Shown: positions 17,854 to 26,837 of the stretch, piece after piece
Position numbering within the stretch: position 1 is the stretch's first letter
Layout of the letters: each line of letters begins with the position of its first letter
Assembly (NCBI GenBank): GCA_964572275.1
Contig: CAZNED010000002.1
Span: 12,582-76,581, forward strand
Direction: 5' to 3'
Origin: an uncultured Candidatus Saccharibacteria bacterium
Lineage (GTDB): Bacteria > Patescibacteriota > Minisyncoccia > Minisyncoccales > UBA1441
Length of the DNA: 64,000 bases
The notes under the pieces: model-generated
The model's input: only the letters and a program-made list of their open reading frames with translations
The model's database searches: none
Told to the model about the DNA's origin: nothing
Made by a program: the position numbers and the translations under genes

Positions 17854-18882
17854 TTATCCTTTGATCAACCAATAGGTTTGATTTCCCTGTTTTTGAAAAT
17901 AATCCTTTCTACCCAGGTTAAGCAAGATAGTTGTTTCTTCTACAAATCTCTGCTTTAACACTTTCTCTACTATCTCATCGCGAGTCAATGGATGACCGAC
18001 TTCTTGCATAATTTTAATGATTAAATCCTTAACTGTTCCTTCTTCATATCCCCATTCTCTTAATGCATAAAGTCCGCGGCCTACTAATACAAAACGCGGA
18101 TCTCTGATTAACTCATTGTGAACTGTCTGGGATAGTGCCTGCCTGACGTTCTGATGACCACTCTGTCGCCAACGTTCATTAAAATCATTAATCAAATCCG
18201 TAACTTTTGTAAAATGCTGGGGTTTTCCGGCTTCTTTCAGAACCAAGTAGGCTTTATCTCTCAATCTTTGAGGAGACACTTCCGGCCAATCAGTTAAACC
18301 ATAACCACCGCTAATATCTTGCTCAATTTGTCTGGAAATTTCCAAACAAGATTTGATTAACTCTTCTTCTTCGGATCTTACTTTAAATATTTCTCTTTCA
18401 CTCAAAACCCGATGGTGTTGTTTAATCTCTCTCATCAAACTTTCAATAACATCATGAGCTAAATTTATTTTCTGTTCTTCAACAGTCCAGAAAGGATAAA
18501 CTGTTTCATCAGCTCGAGTTGAGAAAAAATCAGGCTCGAGAACAAGAAAGAAAACAATATAAGGTCGATCTCCTTCTTTGTGACTGAGATCCTGCAAGAT
18601 ATAATCTTCCCTTCTTAATCCACCATGCTCATTCAGATAGTGACGCATAATTTGACGTAATTCCTTGATAGAGTCTGTTTGGATATCTCTCAATTTCGCT
18701 AAACTCGCCTCTTCAATTTGGCGGACTCTCTCTCTTGTTACTGATAAATCATGCCCGATCGCATCAAGTGTTTCCTTGTCAAAACTCCCTAAACCGAATC
18801 GACGCTTCAATATATCTTGCGAGCGCGATGGAATAGTTCGGAATAAATCTTCTTGAATTTGATGATAATCGAGTGTCGTCAT
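17854..18882 (-). CDS. DNA-binding protein with an N-terminal sigma-70 region-4-like HTH and a C-terminal HARE-HTH-like winged helix
   Basis: 342 aa. Residues about 20-68 (ILKRRFGLGSFDKETLDAIGHDLSVTRERVRQIEEASLAKLR) match the sigma-70 region 4 pattern. Residues about 220-278 (HFTKVTDLINDF...RFVLVGRGLYALREWGY) match the HARE-HTH hallmark (F..VGrG.YaLreW) seen in RNAP delta and restriction-enzyme N-termini. Confidence 0.5.
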   Translation of the reverse strand: MTTLDYHQIQEDLFRTIPSRSQDILKRRFGLGSFDKETLDAIGHDLSVTRERVRQIEEASLAKLRDIQTDSIKELRQIMRHYLNEHGGLRREDYILQDLSHKEGDRPYIVFFLVLEPDFFSTRADETVYPFWTVEEQKINLAHDVIESLMREIKQHHRVLSEREIFKVRSEEEELIKSCLEISRQIEQDISGGYGLTDWPEVSPQRLRDKAYLVLKEAGKPQHFTKVTDLINDFNERWRQSGHQNVRQALSQTVHNELIRDPRFVLVGRGLYALREWGYEEGTVKDLIIKIMQEVGHPLTRDEIVEKVLKQRFVEETTILLNLGRKDYFQKQGNQTYWLIKG

Positions 18883-18957
18883 AACGATTTAATTTAACCA
18901 TATTTACCCTAAGAGTCAAGTGCTTTTATTTCTTGAGTCTCTTCCGCAAATATTAAT

Positions 18958-20628
18958 TTAATTTTGTATTATCTTTTTTATCGGCAATTCTATAAAGAAA
19001 GTTGACCCTTGCCCCCGACCGGGACTTTTTACCCAAATACGACCTTTATGTTGGTCAACAAATTTACGAGCCACGTATAGCCCTAGACCAGCGCCAGATG
19101 AATGCAAATTAGAGCCTGATTCCCCCCGAGAAAAGCTCTGGAATAACTTTCCTATATCCTGCTTGTCCAACCCCACACCTGTATCTTTTATGGTTATTAA
19201 AATATGATCTGACGGGATAAATTTAATCAAGATAGTTATTCCTCCTTTCTCCGTATATTTTAAGGCATTATCTATAATATTCAGAAAAACTTGTCGGACT
19301 TTTTCGGAATCCATCTCTATCGCCGGCAAATCATCACTGGCAATAATTCTTAAATATAGATTCTTTTTTTCAGCTTCAGCGCTAAATTCTTTGGCTATAG
19401 CCATTATTAAATCTTTAATTGATTCTTCTTTGTAATTCATTACTGATTTTCCAGATTCAATTCTTGAGACATTCAATAAATCATTTGATAATTTTAAGAG
19501 TCTTAATGATGCCTCGTAAACCTCCTCTATTGTTTTTTGAGCTTCTATTGGTAATTGCCCAAAATCACCATGAACCAACATCGAAAGATATCCTCTCATA
19601 GCCGTTAACGGAGTTCTGAGCTGATGAGAAGCAATTGAAATAAATTCTGATTTAGCCTGATCTAGTTTTTTCAATTGAGTATTGGCTTTTTCCAATTCTA
19701 GCGTTATTTTCTCTAATTTTTCCCTTTGTTTTATTTCCTTGATGGTACTCCTTATTAGTAGCCATCCGAACACCAAGAAGACCACCAAGATTAAACTCTT
19801 TATCATTTGAAGCCAGATTTGATCTGTGAAAAAGATCAATTCTACGGATAAAAGAATCGTGATTAAAGTAATAAAAATAGAGGTAATTGCAATCTTGATA
19901 TCAAAAAGCTCTCTTTTAATCACAGCATAGGCAGTAAAAGCTATAAGTAAAATAATTGAATAATTCCCGAATTGATAGAATTCATTGGTTTGTCGATATA
20001 GAGGTAAAAATACATTGAAAATCAGGTTCATCAGGGCAAATATCGAAAGACCTAACACAAGATATTGTGCTTGTCTTTTTTTATGCAGAGAGAGCGTAGA
20101 GTATTTTGATATAATCCTAGCGATAATAATGAAAGTAAATAAAAACACCATGATATAGAATGGTGTCCCCATCAAACCAATCACCAGATCTGTCCCCCAT
20201 TTTGTAAATCTAACATCTTCAATCACTAAATTGGAAAAAGTGGCCAAAATAAAAAAGGTTATCCCTATTATGCTGACAGAAATATCGATGATTTTATTTC
20301 TCTTTTCCTGCAAATAAAAATTGGTTGCAAAAAAATAAGCTGATAAGAAAAAAAGTGAAATTGACCCGAATACAATCTTGCCAAATAAATGAGCCGTCTC
20401 AAGAACAGAAGAATAATTAGTAAGATAAGTGAAGTCTATCCACAATAAGGCAAAGAAAGTCATTAAACCGAAAGTCAATCTTTCTCTTCCAGCTTTTTGC
20501 GAAAAAGAAATGAAAAAGATAAGACCTATGCCCCCGATATTGCTTATCAGAACCATTACTTGATCAATTATTCCAATTAAATCTTTCATGAAATTCCCTG
20601 AGCTAATAATATTAAAGGAGCCCACCAC
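18958..20628 (-). CDS. Sensor histidine kinase with a multi-pass membrane sensor domain
   Basis: 556 aa. There are about 8 N-terminal TM segments, then a coiled coil, the HisKA H-box SHQLRTPLTAMRGY, and HATPase_c motifs (N-box NIIDNALKYT; G-boxes DTGVGL, GAGLGLYVARK). The likely true start is the internal MKDLIG at 20589, abutting the UbiA stop. No response regulator is adjacent. Confidence 0.85.
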   Translation of the reverse strand: MVGSFNIISSGNFMKDLIGIIDQVMVLISNIGGIGLIFFISFSQKAGRERLTFGLMTFFALLWIDFTYLTNYSSVLETAHLFGKIVFGSISLFFLSAYFFATNFYLQEKRNKIIDISVSIIGITFFILATFSNLVIEDVRFTKWGTDLVIGLMGTPFYIMVFLFTFIIIARIISKYSTLSLHKKRQAQYLVLGLSIFALMNLIFNVFLPLYRQTNEFYQFGNYSIILLIAFTAYAVIKRELFDIKIAITSIFITLITILLSVELIFFTDQIWLQMIKSLILVVFLVFGWLLIRSTIKEIKQREKLEKITLELEKANTQLKKLDQAKSEFISIASHQLRTPLTAMRGYLSMLVHGDFGQLPIEAQKTIEEVYEASLRLLKLSNDLLNVSRIESGKSVMNYKEESIKDLIMAIAKEFSAEAEKKNLYLRIIASDDLPAIEMDSEKVRQVFLNIIDNALKYTEKGGITILIKFIPSDHILITIKDTGVGLDKQDIGKLFQSFSRGESGSNLHSSGAGLGLYVARKFVDQHKGRIWVKSPGRGQGSTFFIELPIKKIIQN

Positions 20629-21455
20629 ACATTTTCTGCGTAAACTAAATTACCAGTCAGAGAAATAACATTTGTGCTTCTCTTATTTATAATCCATAAA
20701 TAAAAATAAGAATAAAGAGACATTGCTATCAAAATTAAAGAAAAAAACGGTAGGATTCCCTTTAACGCTCCGCCCATCAAGATTATTATCGGTAATATAT
20801 TGACGATAGCTAAAATTCTCAAAAATTTCTTTTGACCGAAAATAACAACTAACGTTTTTATTCCCTCTACCTTATCGCTATCAATATCCTTTATATCAGA
20901 AAAAGAAACGCCTATGAATATCCTAAGATATACAAATAATGAAAACAACCATACTCCCCAAGATAGCGGAGAAGAATAAAATAATGGCATCAAAATAATA
21001 AGCAGAGCCCAAATAAGCGGTACAAATAAATTCTTAAAACCAGGAATCTTCCTCGTGATTTTTTTTAGATATGAACCGTAAAATAATCCCGAGATAAGCA
21101 TGAGAAAGCCTAATATAGCAACTATGATTTTGATTTTTTCAATAAAGCATATCAGAGCAATTATCAATATACCGGCACAAATGATCATCGGAGTCCATTT
21201 CGCATAATATCTGCGGAAGTGTGTCGCCCGCTCTGTTTTAATTGACAAATCTTTTTTAATTTCAACATAACGATCATAAAGATAGACCATATATACCAAT
21301 AAATAAGCCATCACTAAGAATTTCCATTCTATGGGTAATACCAAGATTCTGGCAGCTGTAACAACTATGCTGACTGCCCCTAAAGACAATACATGCCCCC
21401 CATAAACAAATTCTTGCCGCACCAAATCTAGAATTTTTTTACTATGATTTATCAT
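20586..21455 (-). CDS. UbiA-family prenyltransferase
   Basis: 289 aa polytopic membrane protein. It has Asp-rich motifs YLYDRYVEIKKD and SFSDIKDIDSDKVEGIKT, typical of UbiA-superfamily Mg-binding sites. Confidence 0.7.
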   Translation of the reverse strand: MINHSKKILDLVRQEFVYGGHVLSLGAVSIVVTAARILVLPIEWKFLVMAYLLVYMVYLYDRYVEIKKDLSIKTERATHFRRYYAKWTPMIICAGILIIALICFIEKIKIIVAILGFLMLISGLFYGSYLKKITRKIPGFKNLFVPLIWALLIILMPLFYSSPLSWGVWLFSLFVYLRIFIGVSFSDIKDIDSDKVEGIKTLVVIFGQKKFLRILAIVNILPIIILMGGALKGILPFFSLILIAMSLYSYFYLWIINKRSTNVISLTGNLVYAENVWWAPLILLAQGIS

Positions 21456-21470
21456 ATTGCGATGAGTTTG

Positions 21471-22490
21471 CTATTTTATTCTCAACATAATTCCAGAAGC
21501 TATATCTCTTAATAAATCATTCCACTCATTTTTGGGTAACTTTTCGAGAGATGCATGAGCTTGTTTAATAAAATTTTGGCCCAGTGAAATAGTCTCATCG
21601 CGAGCCATTGTTGCCTTTACCATTTCTATCGCTTCGTTAATCATATCTTCTGTTTTGGTATCATAACGAAGAATGTCTATAAATCTTTGCTTTTCATTGG
21701 TTTTCATCCCGTCTAAAGCATAGATTAACACCACATTGCTTCTCTTCCCCTCTCTGATGTCTTTACCTGTTTCTTTTCCGAAAATCTCTTCTTCGCCGAA
21801 GATGTCTAACAGGTCATCGCTAATTTGAAAAGCCATCCCTAAGTTAAATGCGTAATCGGCAATTAAATTTTCCTGATCTTGCGTGGCATCAGCTACTAGT
21901 GCCCCCGATCGAGCCGCTATAATGAATAAAGCTGCTGTTTTTTCTGCCACTATCCTCTGATAAGTATCAAGATTGACTTCTGGAAAAAGAGCTTGCTTCA
22001 AATATTCAGAGGTTTCTTTCGGTTGAGCGTCGGCCAAGATATCCTTAACTTCTCCTTCAATAACTATCTTTAATGCCGAAGCTAATTCTTTCGATATTTT
22101 TTCCGATTTCTTAGATATTCCCCCTGCTTGCATTAAAGAAGCAGCATAGTGCATTCCTGCACACTGAGCCAGCGATTGGCCGTATTTTTTCCAAGTAGTT
22201 TCTTTCCCCCGCCTTAATTGACTGCGATCGATAATATCATCGATAATCAATGTATAGTTGTGCAGAATTTCTAATCCTGCTGCCGGATAAATAATATCTG
22301 ACCATTTTCCTCCAAACAAAAAACAGCTAGCCGCAGCGATAGCTGGACGTAGCCGTTTTCCACCGGAATTAATCTGGTAAAGAACCATTTCTTCTCGCGC
22401 CGGATCAAGATTAAGCATTAAAACTTCTTTGATAACCGGTTCCACGCGATCACTTACTTCTTTTATAAAATCATCAACATTAGAAGACAT
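21471..22490 (-). CDS. Polyprenyl (geranylgeranyl/farnesyl) diphosphate synthase
   Basis: 339 aa. The first Asp-rich motif is LIIDDIIDRSQLRRGK and the second is FQISDDLLD. Confidence 0.85.
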   Translation of the reverse strand: MSSNVDDFIKEVSDRVEPVIKEVLMLNLDPAREEMVLYQINSGGKRLRPAIAAASCFLFGGKWSDIIYPAAGLEILHNYTLIIDDIIDRSQLRRGKETTWKKYGQSLAQCAGMHYAASLMQAGGISKKSEKISKELASALKIVIEGEVKDILADAQPKETSEYLKQALFPEVNLDTYQRIVAEKTAALFIIAARSGALVADATQDQENLIADYAFNLGMAFQISDDLLDIFGEEEIFGKETGKDIREGKRSNVVLIYALDGMKTNEKQRFIDILRYDTKTEDMINEAIEMVKATMARDETISLGQNFIKQAHASLEKLPKNEWNDLLRDIASGIMLRIK

Positions 22491-22514
22491 CAGTATTATT
22501 TATAATTTATTTAA

Positions 22515-23699
22515 TCATATAATATCTAAAAATCGAATTTTGCCTTTTTGTAAGACAGAGCCAGGATTAACAGTAAAATCAATATTCTTTACGATTTGCC
22601 CATCCACTTTCACGCCTCCCTGTTCAACAATCCGACGAGCGTCTGATCTTGATACTGCCAGACCTGATTCAGATAAAACAGAGACTATATCATAATGTTC
22701 CGGATGGAATTTTTGTCGTTCAGATGGAATTTCTCTTTGCGAGAATACCTTTGTGAAATAATCTTTAGCTGTTTGGGCCGCTTTGTCAGAATGATACATG
22801 CGCACAATTTCAGAAGCTAATTCCGCTTTTACATCTCGAGGATTGATGCCTGATTTGAGATCATTCTTATACTTATCAATAATCAATGCATCAACTCGTG
22901 TAAAAAGAATAAAATATTCGATAATCGAATCATCTTTCATAGACATTATCTTTCCGAATATATCATTCGGTGCATCTAGAAAATTTATCGTATTACCGAA
23001 GCTCGAACTCATCTTTCTGCCATCAAGACCGGCGACCAATGGACCAGTTAATATGTCTTGCGGAGATTGACCATAGAATTTCTGCATATCTCGGCCAGCT
23101 AAAAGATTAAATCTCTGGTCGGTCCCACCCACTTCGACGTCAGCTTTTATCTGAACTGAATCGTAACCTTGCATTAAAGGATAAAGAACTTCGCGCAGAG
23201 AAACCCTCCGACCATTCTTCATTCTGGTATCAATATTTTCTCTAGAAATAAACTCGTTTAAAGAGAATTGATCGGCTTGACGATTAATCTCAGCATAGTC
23301 AAGTTTCTTCAGCCATCTGCTATTATAGTGAACTTCTGCCTGCTTAATATCTATTATCTTGGCCATTTGCCTGATATAAGTCTTGGCATTAGCCTTAACC
23401 ACTTTCTCGGGAAGCATCGGCCTTTCGCTTCCTTTATCAGAAGTGTCGCCAATCAAACCAGTAAAATCTCCAATAATAATAACCACTTGATGGCCTAATT
23501 CTTGGAAGTCTCGCAATTTTAGTAGAGGAACCGACCGGCCTAAATGCAAATTTAGGCTAGTTGGATCAATTCCCAATTTAATTCGCAATCTCCGGCCGCT
23601 CTCTAATTTATTTTTTAGATTATTAAAATCAATGACTTCTTCAACTCCTCGACTTAATAATTTTCCTATTTTGTCTGCATTAACCATTATTCTGTTCAT
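22515..23699 (-). CDS. tyrS: Tyrosyl-tRNA synthetase
   Basis: 394 aa. GIDPTSLNLHLGRSVPLLKLRDFQELGH is HIGH-like, KMSSSFGN is KMSKS, and the C-terminal S4 domain is RIVEQGGVKVDGQIV. Confidence 0.9.
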   Translation of the reverse strand: MNRIMVNADKIGKLLSRGVEEVIDFNNLKNKLESGRRLRIKLGIDPTSLNLHLGRSVPLLKLRDFQELGHQVVIIIGDFTGLIGDTSDKGSERPMLPEKVVKANAKTYIRQMAKIIDIKQAEVHYNSRWLKKLDYAEINRQADQFSLNEFISRENIDTRMKNGRRVSLREVLYPLMQGYDSVQIKADVEVGGTDQRFNLLAGRDMQKFYGQSPQDILTGPLVAGLDGRKMSSSFGNTINFLDAPNDIFGKIMSMKDDSIIEYFILFTRVDALIIDKYKNDLKSGINPRDVKAELASEIVRMYHSDKAAQTAKDYFTKVFSQREIPSERQKFHPEHYDIVSVLSESGLAVSRSDARRIVEQGGVKVDGQIVKNIDFTVNPGSVLQKGKIRFLDII

Positions 23700-23722
23700 A
23701 GTTGCGAAGCAAGCATTGAATA

Positions 23723-24166
23723 TTATTCTCCAATAACTTGCACTTGAATTGTCCTGGGGCGGGCATGATCAAGTTCTACTAAAAATATTCTTTGCCATTG
23801 CCCCAATTGCAATTTATTCTCTTTAAAATTCAACGTAATGCTTGCAGGCAAATGAATGGCTTTGCAATGAGAATGACCATTAACACATTCATCGGGACAC
23901 ATGTTGACTGTCCTTCGGTCGAAATCGTCATGATTATAATTACCATCTTTCGGCGCGATATTGTTTAAATTCAATTTAATATCTTCTAATAAAAGAGGTT
24001 CATTTTCATTAATCATCAGAGCAGCCGAAGTATGCAAACATTGAACATTAACTAATCCATTTTTAATGCTAGTGCCTGCTAAAAATTCCTTTATCTGGTC
24101 AGTTAAGTCGATAAAATCGAATAATTCTTTGGTTTGAAAGCTAAGGTCGATTGAATCTGATTTCAT
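23723..24166 (-). CDS. YjbQ/UPF0047-family protein
   Basis: 147 aa. HTSAALMINENEP...HSHCKAIHLPASITL...GQWQRIFLVELDHARPR matches the UPF0047 signature. Confidence 0.7.
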   Translation of the reverse strand: MKSDSIDLSFQTKELFDFIDLTDQIKEFLAGTSIKNGLVNVQCLHTSAALMINENEPLLLEDIKLNLNNIAPKDGNYNHDDFDRRTVNMCPDECVNGHSHCKAIHLPASITLNFKENKLQLGQWQRIFLVELDHARPRTIQVQVIGE

Positions 24167-24293
24167 ATTTATATTTGGATAATATTAAATAATAATATTG
24201 CTGTGTATTTATAAAAATATCACTTTTTGTAAAAACACAAAACTCAGCAAAATTAAACAGTCATATAATAACACCAATAAACGCTGAAAACCA

Positions 24294-25925
24294 CTATACT
24301 CTCGTAGCCGCTTTCAGGAATTCCGTAAACAAAGGATGAGGATCAAGCGGTCTAGCTTGAAATTCCGGATGAAATTGTGTTCCCATAAAAAATGGATGTT
24401 GTGAGTTCGGAAGCTCCATGATTTCCATCAAGCGACCATCTGGGGAACATCCAGAAAAGATCATTCCCTTCTCTTCTAGTTTTTGGATATATAATGGATT
24501 AACTTCAAAACGATGACGATGTCTCTCTGAGATTTTTTCTTTCTTATAGGCATGAAAAGCAATCGTCCCTTTTTTAACAACTGCCGGGTAAGAACCTAAT
24601 CTCATCGTTCCTCCATAATTATGATGATCAATATTCTTTTTCTGATCTAACATAATATCAATCACTGGATGAGTTGTCTTGGGGTCAATCTCGGTTGTGT
24701 TGGCTGATAGCCCTAAAACATTTTGAGCATATTCTATTATCGCCAATTGCATGCCATAACATAAACCTAAATAAGGTATTTTATTTTCCCGAACATAATT
24801 AATAACCATAAGTTTTCCCTTGATTCCAGTATCACCAAATCCTCCGGGCACGATTACTCCGTCATATTTCTTTATTATTTTCAAATCCATTCGTCCAGAT
24901 TCAAAATCTTGAGCCGAAATCCAATCAATAACGGGTCGCCTCTTTAAATAATAAGCTGAAAATTTTATCGCCTCAATAACTGAAACATAAACATCTCCAA
25001 GTATGAAATCTCCCGTATTGAAATATTTACCCACCACTGCAATTTTAATAGGATTGCCATTATTATGGGTTAAATTTATCCATTTTTGCCAATCATCAAG
25101 CTTCGGACGACGATTAATTAGATGAAGTTTGCGACAAATAAATTTCCCCAACTCAAATTTTTCAAAATTAAGGGGAACATCATAAATACTTTCCACGTCA
25201 GGAGCTGACAAGACAAATTCGCTTTGAATATTACAAGATATCGCTATCTTTTCACGTCGCTTATGATCGATAGGACCATCACTACGAGCTAAGATAATAT
25301 CAGGCTGAATACCATAGGAATTGAGAAGTCTGACGGCATTCTGCGTTGGTTTTGTCTTCATTTCTCCAATCTTTTTAGGGACAGGAAGATACGTAACTAT
25401 TATAAAAAGGACATCTTCAGGATGACGCAATTTCAAAATACGAGCCGCTTCAATAAACATGATATTCTGATAATCACCAATCGTTCCACCGATCTCCACG
25501 ACCGAAACATCAGATTGATGCAATCTGGTAGAAATCTTGATCCGACGTATGATTTCTTCGACAATATGAGGAATGGCCTCGACGCATTGCCCTTTATATA
25601 ATAGCCGGCGCTCCCTATCGATAACATCTCGATAAACCATCCCACTCGTCATATAATCTTGGCTCAAAGCATCATAATTAAGGAATCTCTCGTAATTACC
25701 CATGTCTTGGTCACATTCCAAACCGGAACGTAAAACAAAAACTTCGCCGTGCTCTGTGGGATTCATCGTCCCAGCATCGACATTGAGATAAGAATCTATT
25801 TTTATTAAATTAATTTTTAATCCTCGAGCTTGCAGAATTTTGCCGATAGAAGCCGTTGCAATTCCCTTGCCAATGCCCGACATAACTCCACCTAGAACAA
25901 AGATGTATTTCGGACGGCTTGCCAT
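24294..25925 (-). CDS. pyrG: CTP synthase
   Basis: 543 aa. The N-terminal KYIFVLGGVMSGIGKGIATASIG and the C-terminal glutamine amidotransferase domain (GLCYGMQLA) are present. Confidence 0.95.
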   Translation of the reverse strand: MASRPKYIFVLGGVMSGIGKGIATASIGKILQARGLKINLIKIDSYLNVDAGTMNPTEHGEVFVLRSGLECDQDMGNYERFLNYDALSQDYMTSGMVYRDVIDRERRLLYKGQCVEAIPHIVEEIIRRIKISTRLHQSDVSVVEIGGTIGDYQNIMFIEAARILKLRHPEDVLFIIVTYLPVPKKIGEMKTKPTQNAVRLLNSYGIQPDIILARSDGPIDHKRREKIAISCNIQSEFVLSAPDVESIYDVPLNFEKFELGKFICRKLHLINRRPKLDDWQKWINLTHNNGNPIKIAVVGKYFNTGDFILGDVYVSVIEAIKFSAYYLKRRPVIDWISAQDFESGRMDLKIIKKYDGVIVPGGFGDTGIKGKLMVINYVRENKIPYLGLCYGMQLAIIEYAQNVLGLSANTTEIDPKTTHPVIDIMLDQKKNIDHHNYGGTMRLGSYPAVVKKGTIAFHAYKKEKISERHRHRFEVNPLYIQKLEEKGMIFSGCSPDGRLMEIMELPNSQHPFFMGTQFHPEFQARPLDPHPLFTEFLKAATRV

Positions 25926-25928
25926 GAG

Positions 25929-26834
25929 TTAGCGTTTGGACTTAAGTCGATACTGATAGATATCAACTAATAATGGACTGGCGATAAAAAGAGAAGAATA
26001 AGTTCCGGAAGCAATTCCCACGATCAATGCCATGGCAAATAGATAAAGCGTCTTTCCCCCTAATAAAAGTAAAAACACTAAGACCATAATTGTTGTTAAA
26101 GACGTTTTAACCGAACGGCTTAATGACTGATTTAAAGAATGGTTAACAGCTTCTCGATAGTCTCGACCGACTCCTTTGAGCAGATTCTCCCTAATACGAT
26201 CGAACACTACCACCGAATCATTTATAGAGTACCCGAATACTATCAATAAGGCAGTTATAATTGGAATATTCATTTCGGCTCCAGCAAATTTACCTAAGGA
26301 GACAAATGTCCCTAGCATAATCAACATATCGAAACACAGGGCTATTAGTGCCGTTAAACCATATTGCCAACTAGGAATAGGACGATAGATTTTCCTGAAT
26401 GCCCAACTGATGTAAAGCAATATGGCCAACAGAGACAGAAGAGCTGCCTGGCTGGTTTTATCTGTCAATTCTTGGCTTATCGTTGATGATATAATTTCGA
26501 ATTCGTATGATCCTTCGGCTAAACTGCCCTTCTCCGAAAGTACTTCCATAATCTTAATGCGAAGTTCTTCACTGATTTGTCCAGTTGTCTGGATCATAAT
26601 GCCTCTATCATCAGCTGTCCTTATTTCAGCCGCGCCCAAACCCAGTTCTTGCATGCTCATTCTGAGTTCGCTAACAGCTGGGACATCAGATTCGTATTCC
26701 ACATATAACGAGCTCCCGCCCTTAAAATCTATACCCCAATTCAGACCCCAGAAAATCAAGCTAGCTATGCTAACTAAAGCTAATACTAATGAAAGCAAGT
26801 AGAACCATTTACGATAACGAATAAAGTCAAACAT
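25929..26834 (-). CDS. secF: Protein translocase subunit SecF
   Basis: 301 aa. It has six TMs and the SecD/SecF C-terminal RND-like domain (VFDRIRENL), directly downstream of secD. Confidence 0.85.
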   Translation of the reverse strand: MFDFIRYRKWFYLLSLVLALVSIASLIFWGLNWGIDFKGGSSLYVEYESDVPAVSELRMSMQELGLGAAEIRTADDRGIMIQTTGQISEELRIKIMEVLSEKGSLAEGSYEFEIISSTISQELTDKTSQAALLSLLAILLYISWAFRKIYRPIPSWQYGLTALIALCFDMLIMLGTFVSLGKFAGAEMNIPIITALLIVFGYSINDSVVVFDRIRENLLKGVGRDYREAVNHSLNQSLSRSVKTSLTTIMVLVFLLLLGGKTLYLFAMALIVGIASGTYSSLFIASPLLVDIYQYRLKSKR

Positions 26835-26837
26835 ATT

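Noticed and set aside
18883-18957. Imperfect inverted repeat (agagtcaag...cttgagtct) downstream of the histidine kinase as a terminator
   Set aside because: The stem has a mismatch and no U-run in the minus-strand sense, so the evidence is insufficient.
22491-23722. T-box leader or riboswitch upstream of tyrS, trpS, pyrG and the Na/Pi transporter
   Set aside because: The intergenic spacers are only about 3-25 nt; genes are packed head-to-tail. There is no room for a leader RNA.
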